Of a DNA stretch of 64,000 nt, positions 53,573 to 64,000 are shown in pieces. The position numbers and the translations under genes were made by a program. Position 1 is the first letter of the stretch. Each line of letters begins with the position of its first letter. The notes below the pieces were generated by a model that searched no databases, was not told the DNA's origin, and saw only the letters and a program-made list of their open reading frames with translations. The stretch is from NCBI GenBank assembly GCA_012295275.1, contig CM022665.1:9920001-9984000 (forward strand). The letters run 5' to 3'. The stretch comes from Chrysomallon squamiferum. Its lineage: Eukaryota > Animalia > Mollusca.

Positions 53573-56262
53573 CTGTAAAACAAAAATTATAAATAAAAAT
53601 TGAATGTGTTTTGGGAGTTTTGGTGTGTGTTTTTTTTCAAAATCTTTGCTGTACATTGTTAACTGTTGATAAATCAATCACTTCTAAAACCATAAAACAG
53701 TAAGTAAATTCAGATATTTCTAAATTTCACCTCCACAGACAACTTTTTATTCAAGCCATTGTTCTCTGACTGGTTTATCAAAATAAACCTTTATGTTTTA
53801 TTGTCTGTTAGATAATTTCTTGTTGGTAATAAAAATAACAAAGATCATTTCTGAAAATAACATATGAAAAATATTGGATATCATACATTCTGTGATAGAA
53901 AATTAATTGATTTGATTTACTAATTTTGATGCAATTTACCATAACCAAGTAACCACATCTTTATAAAGTTGCAATATCCTCAATATGTTACCAATTTTAT
54001 TAATATCTGTATGTCAGAAGTGATATGGGAAAATGTTTTAATTATCAAATAAGTTTTGTTTTCTGATTAAAGGGTACAGACAAAACTCCACTATCCACAA
54101 AAAAGTGTTATACATTTGTTTATAAATAAATATATTTATGGCTGTCTATTACTTTAATGAAATTATCAAAAATATTACCAGAAGAAAAAATATAATCTCT
54201 ACATATAATACATATTTAAAAAATTATATCATCACCTTCTTTATTAACATATTAGATTTTCTCTTCTTGTTGATGACTAACAAATTATGGGAAATTCCAT
54301 CACATAATAGTTAAATACACAAACATGTCACAAAATGTTTCCAACATTTAAAAGATATTTGTTAATATACAAAATTTTTCCATATTCTTGAATTCAAAGA
54401 TAGTTCAAGTTAGTGGACTTTTGGAACACAACATTAAGAATGCTTGTCCATGCTTATGAATTTTTAGTTTACAGTTTTAAGATGTTAATTCCTGGAAGTC
54501 TTTATTAAGTAGATGAAGAGCTGAGATTCACAAATACTTATAAAACATGTCTGTAGTACCCTGTTCAAATTAATGAATTCCAAGAACTCAAGATAAAGAA
54601 AGTTAATGCTTAGTCATAAAATCTTAAAACATTAGTTTAATAATATCTGTTCTTAATTTCTTAGAATTCACATATAAGAATGTAGTTTAATTCACAAATT
54701 CATAAAGACATGTGTACAAAGATATATTAATATTAATGAATTCTTCAAATACATATGTAGTAACATTTGTTATTATTCATGAAGTCTCAGAAAGCACATT
54801 TATGCATATAACTGCACAAGAATTCTCTTTTGCTTCATTCTAATTAATCCATCTTGTGTCAAATAATGAAATCAAAATTCTACATGTCAAATGATTCAGC
54901 AAAGAGATAGGATCCTCTGAACATATGATATCTGTCACAGTTTACAAGTGGAATGATGACATCAGCAATGTTAAAGTCACTTAACATTTGCCCATCATGG
55001 AAGCTTTCAAACTGACAAAATGTCATATCATATTTAGTTCAATTTAATCCATTATATACAGATTAAGAATATTTGCAAGATTTTGACTTGTTGCTAATAT
55101 CAGTTCTGACTGAAGATGAAAAGGAAAAATTAATTCAACATGTTGTTTAACTGTATCTCATCTCTATTTAATTTCAGTTTCACAAGTTTAATCAAAATTC
55201 CACTGCAGAAATAAAGTTTTAAGAATGATATTTTCAAAGACATTTAAATTTTTTTCATTGAGCAGTAACAAAAATGATCACTGTCAGATAGCTCAGTATG
55301 AATCTTAAACTTTTCATCTTCTGACTCTGATGTCCACAGATCTAGTTTCAGTTCATATTTCTCCACACAAATCTTCTGTGAAATTCTTCAAAATTAAGGA
55401 AAGAAATAAAATATGTACCTTTCCATAAAATAAGAACATGTTTCACTCCAACCATCTAAAAATGTTGTATGAGAGAGAAAAAATCAAAATCAAGAAGTAC
55501 TTGTACAAGAGTTATGATTAAGAAAAAGTGTCCACCTAATGATCTTGTCAACTGTCAATGTGTTGCTCTTTTCAGCAAGCGATTGTCAACCCATCATCAA
55601 ACAAAAAACAAATATGTACCTTCACCTGTTTACAAAACACAATTGAACTGTGCAGGAAATGCTGAACAAGCATAGCCATGTGTTCTCACAAGCTTTGAAG
55701 ATAAATACTTAGAATTTGAAGAACACATTTGAATGCTCGTCATAAACCTATGTTCCTTGATGATACATAGTTAAATAACCTTATTCCTTTCTGATACATC
55801 AGCAAATAATCTTATGTACTCATCTTCTGAAAGGTCTACAGGTGAAAAAGTCTGACAAAGATACCAAATTATTTTTCTGACTCTTGACTGTCTTGTATGG
55901 TTATGTTAATGTAACCAGTGCACGAGTCACATGTAGTGATGGTAAAACATGTGAGGTATTAAACTAATATTACTGCTGTTTGTTAAAGATTAAGTCATAG
56001 ATCAGTTAGCTGATCTGTTGTCATATACTGTTTGCTTTTTGAAATATGAGTTTATCTTCTTCCCAAGACAAATATCAGCCAGACATAGATGTTACACTTG
56101 TGATCTGAGATGATAAAACATGAACTTGGTGCTGATAAATATTTGTATTGAATTATTTTTACTAAAAATAGATTGAGCCAGAGGAAAAATAGTTATTAAT
56201 ATTTTTTACAAATATATTAAGTAGCACATTATAAATATATTTTTTCTTTATTCTTCTTCTCC

Positions 56263-56337
<75 letters not shown>

Positions 56338-56479
56338 CAGTTAACTAAAATATTCTTCAAACATTACATTTTTTTTTTGTTGATATTATAATTATGTAAA
56401 CTCCAGCTATGTATTAAAGATCTGTCCTGATCAGTTTTTATTATTCTGACTTAATGTCTTCTTTTAAAACATACATACA

Positions 56480-56480
<1 letters not shown>

Positions 56481-56560
<80 letters not shown>

Positions 56561-56562
56561 AC
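56481..56562. repeat. (CT)n(CA)n compound microsatellite
   Basis: Direct inspection. Confidence 0.95.
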
Positions 56563-56985
56563 TTTCTATTTGATTCTGATTATTCTTACATGAATGTTAC
56601 ATATGTTTCATTAATAATCTAATTTATAAGCTAAGTCTATGTATATATTTAATAATTTAAATTCTAAGTTAATATTAGTTCAATGGCAGGCACAAATGTT
56701 TCTTTGCTTGTTCTGGCAATATCATGTTTTAAATATTTATACAAACTAAATGGCATAGTTAAGTAATGTGAATTTGATATCTGGCTCAGAAAAGATGTTT
56801 GTTTCTCACCATTATGTCACACTTAAGACCCTTTTTTCCCTTTTGTCAGTTATTAAATTAATATCTAATTAATAATTCCTCAACATTTATTATTATTAAT
56901 TTCAAGAATATTTTTGATGATATGAATGAGGAAACCTGTTGCAGTCATTTTATGGATTTTTGTTACTCATCTGAAGAATCTAGGA

Positions 56986-57254
56986 CATAGGTTTTTTTCT
57001 GGGTGTCACGAGATTGTTCTTGAGCAAGGGTATATTTTAGCTTTTTTCAACCTGACTTGGAAGGAGGAATAAATAAAAATGTATAGATAGGTTTGGGACC
57101 CATTCTAGTGAATATAGATTGCTTTTTTTACTGTCTTTGGTTGATGAAAATATGGTAATCCTAGATATTATTGAATCAAAAATTATAAAGGGGTCATTGG
57201 TCATACTGAGTTACTCATAAGGGGTCACGGTATGAAAAAGGTTGAAAACCACTG
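56986..57254. mobile_element. hAT (Charlie-like) MITE nested in a SINE relic
   Basis: Perfect 8-bp TSD ATCTAGGA (56978-56985 and 57255-57262). Right TIR AAGGTTGAAAACCACTG, degenerate left TIR CATAGGTTTT, GGGGTCA(C) motifs. Confidence 0.75.
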
Positions 57255-57957
57255 ATCTAGGATGAAAGCATTATTCCATAAACTCATACCATGGCTTCTG
57301 ATGATGACTTATAGAGCAGTTGTTGGATCAGGAAATAGTCAAATGAGCACACCAAAGATATTTGATCATATAACCCATCATACCTTTCATATGCAATGAA
57401 CTACTTTCTACCATTATATCAGATTGCTAATGACATTTTCTAACTTTTAGGCTGGAAATCCATTTACCCAATGTCGATGAGAGACCAAAATGATGCCAAT
57501 ATGAAACAGCCAGTTAATGAATTAATGAATCCATTAAAATGAAATGACATGGCACATTTATTTTAATCTGGTTTGCATATATAAATTTGTGAGTTCATCC
57601 TCACTGACCAAATAGAAGATGCAAAAGAAGAGTATCAATCATTATATGCTTGTGTTGCCTACATTTTTTCTGCAACTGTGGCCAAAATATTGTGAAACAG
57701 TTGAGTATCCCTGTTCTCTGGTGCAGTTGTATCACAGAGCACAAGTTTGGTCCTGAGAACTTGTCTAAAACTGTTCTATATTGTTTGGGTGAAAATAAAA
57801 ATAAAAATGACACCCACAAAAATGTCACTGCAAAAATGTGAAAACCTTAAATGTATAATTTTAGAATATTTCTGAATAATAAAGCATAAATGTTCTGACT
57901 GTTTTTATTATTATCTTACATATAATTTTGAATAATTTATATTGTGTTTGTTTTTTG

Positions 57958-58791
57958 TGCAAGTGTAATAATTACAAATTAATATTAAGTTAAATTTATA
58001 TTAAATTTAATCATAAATTTAAATCATGAATTCTTTATTACTTTTTTTTTTTTTTTGTTTTTTAAATTATTACTATTGTTATTGTTATTATTTTATTATT
58101 TCATTTTATATCTAGTTGCTTTTGTCATGTAAATTTCTATAATGATTTATGCTATGAAAATATAAATGTTTTTTCAATGTTTTTTGTATATATTTATTAT
58201 TAATATTATTTCTTTATTTATCATGTATATTTAGGACTAATTAGTGAGTATTGTAGGATTTTGTTCTTTTTCTGATTTTATTAGAATGTTTGCTTTTTAG
58301 CCCCATAAGTTTGCCAACAACTTAAGATCTAACATCATTCATGTGCCTATTTTTTAACTGCTTTTTATGCAAGTGTAATAAAGTTATCCGGTATACAAAG
58401 TTTATATTAAATTTAACTATAAACTTTTATGAATTTTTTATTTTTATTGAGTTTATCATAATGACCATCATCATTATTTAATTTATTTTTTTTTGGTCTT
58501 TTTAAGTTTGATATCTAGTACAGATTTTCATATAGAAATCTGTGAGTTTATCTAGAATGATCTAATCATTTATGCAATGAAATTTGTTTAATTTATGTTC
58601 AGGAATTTATATTTATGTATTTATTTATTTATTCATATATTATTATTATTAATTTATTTTTTATTTTTTTTGGCATGAAAGTTATTAATTATATTTAGTT
58701 AGTGAGTATTAATATGATTTTGTTCATTTTGTTATTTTAGTAAAATGTTTCTTTTGTTACCCCATAAATTTGCTAACAACTGAAAATCTAA
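57958..58791. repeat. Old tandem duplication, two ~400-bp units
   Basis: TGCAAGTGTAATAA..TTTATATTAAATTTAA..TTAGTGAGTATT..CCCCATAA.TTTGC.AACAACT colinear at 57958-58331 and 58367-58791. Confidence 0.8.
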
Positions 58792-59970
58792 GGATTTCAT
58801 TTGTAGAACATGCTCAAGAATTATACACTGATAATAAAAAAATAACTATAAACAGCAAAAATTAAAAAAAATATATATGGTGAATATTTTGCTATAATAT
58901 TTTTTCCACAATGCCAATTGATCATGCATTTTTTTTTCATTCAAATAACATTTTTTCAATACCCCATCCTGTCATATCAAAATTTGGTTATAAGTGAATA
59001 TTCACATGGGTTTACACATCATAGGAACTCATGTCAGAGACAAAACACATCTGACACAAAACAAATCACTACATCAACCCCAAAACTCCATTTCATGTTG
59101 GTGTTAGTGCTGGTTTCTGTACTTTATTGGTATCATTTCATGTTAATGGATTCAGAATGTGAGAATTTTGTGGGCAGGATTTCTGACATGTCAGTGTCAT
59201 TTTGGTGCCATTTTGTATTGGGTAAATGGATATGCAGACTAAAATTGTTGCTGGTGCATAATAATATATTTAAGTTTACTTTAGCCATTATAATTTATTT
59301 CCTCATGAACAATTCACATATATTTCAATGAGTACATATAATTTAAAACACTGAAGTATTCAGATGAAATACATATGTAACTATGGAACTACTTCTCTGT
59401 CACACTGCTAACAATATTTTTTGTATATTGCTGTAGCAAATTAAGATACATAAGTTTAGTTTGCTGTTGACTGTTATAAATAATAATATACCTACTTTCT
59501 CATAAAGAATAATTATTAAAAAAACAAGTTTTAGTTTAGAACAGATGGAATACATGTTTTATTACAAGTAGTATTTTTAGTTTATCTTCCCACTTGTTTT
59601 ATTATATATAATTTTGTTTACATTGCTCATCAGTATATGGTTAAACATATTAATATAAGAACAAAAAATTAATTTTAAAATTTTCACAAATTTAATGCAT
59701 TATCTTGAAATTATGATCAATAGTAATAGTAATATAATTATTAAACCTTAATTAGGGATCTTTTTTAGTTTCATGATTCTCACCAACACCAACTGTACAT
59801 AATTATATTTACATGTGGTCATATAAGAGATGCATAAATGATATAAATATCAAGTATATTTTTAATAAAACTCATCCGGTTTGTGGAATCTGAAAAGATC
59901 TGATTCCTGGAACTTGTTCAGAAACTTTTGGATATGTTGTTTAATAATGCATTTCATAAATAAAAATAAA

Positions 59971-60020
<50 letters not shown>

Positions 60021-60425
60021 GTTATTTGATGTTTGAAAGAAAAATGTAATGGATAGTTTTCACTTTTAATTAATTATTTCATAATAAATATTTAAAATTA
60101 ATATTTTTATCTGACACCTTAATTTTTTTAATTTAAATAATTATATATTATTACCTTCATTTTAATATTTTGAAGAAAAAAAGAAAAAAAAAAGACACTG
60201 TATTTAATATAGAAAAAAGATAATATTTCATTAGTTCCTTTTATGAACATATGTATATATTTAATTTATAGACCTGATTGATATATTACAATTAACAACA
60301 ATACACAGATATTTATTATAATACATTACCATGGAAATAACATCTAAAAGTGACTGTAACACAATATTTTGTAACAACATCAGTTACTGATATATTCAGT
60401 ATTTCAGGATTAAAATTAACATTAC

Positions 60426-60521
60426 CTCAATATTTATATTGCCTAAAGATTTCCACTTCTTTGCAAGACCTCTGGCCAGTTTCTTTGGAAGAAAACTGTT
60501 TGAAATGCTTTTCACATGCAT
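60426..60521 (-). CDS. Candidate alternative first coding exon of the RhoGAP gene (MHVKSISNSFLPKKLARGLAKKWKSLGNINIE)
   Basis: acaATG with upstream in-frame TAA, 32 codons, donor GAG|gtaatg, phase 0 matching the exon at 53572. Confidence 0.55.
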
Positions 60522-63420
60522 TGTTAAACATCTGGGTACACAGTTTTAAAATCCATCAAGTGCAAAACCAGTCAAATCATCAAAAATGTTCATAAATTTC
60601 TATGTACACATTAACAATCCCAAAATTTAAAAATGCCATCATCCACTGCAATATATTTTCTGTGAGAGGTTTTTGATTTTAAATAATTAATAGAAATAAA
60701 ATTCAGCATGAACAGAAAATACAACTAAATATTTCTGATGATGACACAAAAGTCTCTTTTTCAAAAATCTCAATATTGAACATTATCATTGAAACTTAAA
60801 ACATATTGTGGAGACAATGATGCATCCAGAGTGTCATTGTAAAACCGGTAATGAAATAAATCAGATATCCATCCTGCTTCCTATAGGTTAAAACCACACC
60901 AGAAAGGTTAGCAAGCTCTGAGGGTCCCTTCTGTATTTTTTGTGCAAATACCAAACACTTTTGCAAACTGACCAAACAACCTTGACATAACAGAAGTTCC
61001 TTTCATTGAGTCTGTATGTACAGCTGAATGAAGTGCCAAGAAGGCAGGAGACATACTGCTTCTTGCTCTGCTCACTAACTGTGCGGTGGGCTCGTGATTT
61101 GCTATTGTTAGGAGAGTAAAGTCTCCAGCTGGGTATGTGATAATCAGCTAGATTGGAGATTTACAGCCATTGTGCAAATACCCATGGGCTAATTAGCAAT
61201 AAGGAGGTACTTTCTTACTGAAATCTGTAAGAGTGACCAGTAAAAAAAAAGAGAAAAAACAGACCTGTTTAATTAGCCAGAGAATGTGGGACAGACTGAC
61301 TGCATAAGTAGTTAAGTCAGCAAAAGGTCCTGCCTCTATGTGTAATTACAGTGCTGTAAAGGCTGACTCTGTTATTAAGTTAAATCTGTGAAGGTGTCTC
61401 AAGAAAAGGAGTAAACAAAATGAGCAATGTTTATGTTTGTTTGTTATTTAAATCTGATTACATTCTTTGTTTACATAAAATCTGAAACTTATACCAACAA
61501 AAAATATTTACCATTTTAAATCACTAATGTGCAGGTTTTGCATGTAATCATAAGGTAATTTATCCATATTTTGATTAAATCAATAATACATTCTAAATTT
61601 TATCACATACAAGAATATTTTAAAAGAAAGAAAAGCAAATAAATAAACAAAAAATAAAAAAATAAAATTAAATAAAATTAAATTAAATAAAATAAATAAT
61701 TTTAAGGACTGAGAAAAACTGAAAGGGAAGAAAAAATTAGAAGAAAAAATCCATTATTAAAAGAAGCCAACAAGCCAAAACAAGATCACATATTCCCTCC
61801 AACCAATAAAAAGACCTCAAAATAAAGAAAATCTGTTGAAATACATGTAAACCCTATAGCAGTACTTCCCCTTTTTACATAATTTTATGCAATAGCTGTA
61901 CCTGTAGGCACCTATTGAAAACACTATGTAGTAACAATAGCCAATGTGCCATAACAATTAGAGTCTCCTAAAGCTTTTTATCTTTGTTCTGTAAATAATA
62001 CAGTGATAGAAAAATCTGGTTAGTACACCATAGATGTTTTATTAATAGCTCCTGAGATCCAAACGTAAAGGTGACAGATATAATGTTTAGAAAATTAAAA
62101 TTCTCAATTTATTTGAATGAAATTAACATGCGTTGTTCTGTGTTCTAAACAGAATACTTGAGAGATTTAAGTGGGTTTAAATATAGATAATTCACTACAT
62201 TATTTTTTATTCAGTAAATTAATGTTTTTATTATTATTATTATTTTTTTTTAATATTGATTGATTTATTTATTTTTAAAACTATTGATTACAAAGAGTCA
62301 GGAGATGACAACTGAAAAATGAATTCATATTATCTGCTCAAATAACTATCAGTGAAAAGTGTATATTACAATGAAACTAAAAAATTATTTATTAGTATGT
62401 GGAAATATTTGTAATTACATAATTTATTTATTTTATTGCAAATGCAACAGTGTCTAAAAAACATTCTTATAAAATTTAATCTGTGCTGTTAATAATGGTT
62501 ATAATGAATATGATACAGATCACAAACTAAATAAATAAATAAATTAATTAATGATTATTTTTTTCTATTTTCAAAATTTGCATGTACATTTTCCAATAAA
62601 GCATATACATACATTTTCCTATAAAATGTTTAAAATGTTAATTATCTGTCCTTGACTTAAAAGAAAAGTAAACAACAAGATAACTAAAGCTTAGGATATA
62701 CAGTAAAATGATTCTGCTATGCTGATACAAACATTACTGACATATATGTTCTTCCTGACTGAAGAGTTAGCACAAGGCATGCAACTCACTTAAGTCCTGT
62801 TCAATCAAATGGCTGACCCATTGAACCAAGCTTTCCAAAACAACATCAACCTTGATTTTTTTTTTCCTATCTTTTTGTCATTGTACAGTCAGTCAATAAC
62901 AGATATTTGCAGTGTAACCCCATTAAATTTAATGAAGAAATTAATTTTTATTTTTTCATTTTCTGTCCTTGATTTAATTTAACTTTTATTGGCAGATCTT
63001 TAAAAGGCATTTATACTGGAGAATTTGTGTATTTACTCAGGAAACTGTTTTTTTCTCCCATTTAGAAAAAAATAAAAAAAAATAAAATTAACTATTTATT
63101 TAATTTTATAACTAATTTATTTTGTTTGTATTATTAATAATTTATTTAATGATAATTTATTATTATTAATATGGGTCCTTTTTTTATTTTTATTGATTTG
63201 CTACTACTATTATCTTTATTTTATTAGTTAGTATTGATATTGGAATTGTAACATGAAAAATTTATTTTATCAAGGAAAGTGGAAAAGCTGTATCATGATA
63301 GATATAAGATTTAGACAGTGTTCTTTAGATGTGTGAATATGTTGCTGTTTTTTGTGTGGAATTTGTCGGGGGTAAAATTAATATGAAAACAGTAAATTAA
63401 TAACAGTGTTATAAACTTAC

Positions 63421-63498
63421 AGAAATGTGAAACTTTTCCATGCAAGCTTTCAGTACATCTCTTACTGAATCGGTATTGTTCACTTGAACAGTGCATGT
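63421..63498 (-). CDS. ARHGAP20: ARHGAP20-like RhoGAP exon, RA domain (TCTVQVNNTDSVRDVLKACMEKFHIS); gene continues beyond the window end
   Basis: tttttcag| ... |gtaagt, phase 0/0; resembles the first half of the ARHGAP20 RA domain. The ORF track shows the wrong frame. Confidence 0.85.
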
Positions 63499-64000
63499 CT
63501 GAAAAATAGAAATATTAAACATTACTATTGACATTAATCAACTTATTTATTTATTGATTTTTTATTATTATTATTTTTAATATGTTACAGTAACTATACT
63601 TACTAATTTTTGTGATTGCACACTTCTTTTTATACTTGTGTGTTTATGTATGCATCTCAGATATATGTATGAGTGCATGTATGCAAATAAATGTGTGTTT
63701 ATGCATCTGAATACCAGCTATTAGTTTAAGAATACTATAAAATGATTAGCTATTAACCTTCCAAAGAATTTTATATTTATTTATTAAATTTTCTTAAATA
63801 TAAACATATTTGTAGTCATTGACTGAAAATGTAAATATTTGCTATGCAAATATAATAAAAAATGGTAAATTATTGACGAATACACATTGTGTCCAGCTTG
63901 AGTTAAAAAATGTTCACTAATCATTTGTTTATTTAGTGTAAACAAATAATATTCTCATAGCAGTGAATGTAGTGTAAAGATAGCCTTGTACATTTAGAAC

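Noticed and set aside
63311-63496. ORF-track 61-aa protein MHCSSEQY...
   Set aside because: Wrong frame; the real exon (63421-63498) reads TCTVQVNNTDSV...

Overview
AT-rich, intron-containing animal genomic DNA, probably a gastropod mollusc (inferred from a recalled tRNA-SINE family; not verifiable here). Most ORF-track entries are microsatellite artefacts. The real content was rebuilt by hand from GT-AG splice sites and phases. (1) 3' exons of a probable neuropeptide/prohormone precursor on + (6132-6370, 14959-15003). (2) A complete 6-exon MRPL19 gene on - (26648-21762, 300 aa). (3) A head-to-head, Ser/Arg/Lys-rich 361-aa gene I cannot assign to a family on + (28410-29679). (4) The 3' eight exons of an ARHGAP20/TAGAP-family RA+RhoGAP gene on - (63498-34110), with two phase-compatible candidate alternative first exons in its introns. 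(5) A decayed paralogue of the RhoGAP last exon at about 18110-19310 that contains a 95%-identical patch and lies between a pair of long inverted repeats. Also present: hAT and Tc2/pogo-type MITEs with target-site duplications (TSDs), SINE relics, TA-centred palindromes, minisatellites and a sharp CpG-rich to CpG-depleted transition. There are no prokaryotic-type systems such as CRISPR. I cannot demonstrate a wholly new system; the best leads are the peptide precursor, the alternative RhoGAP starts, the mosaic paralogue and the unassigned gene.
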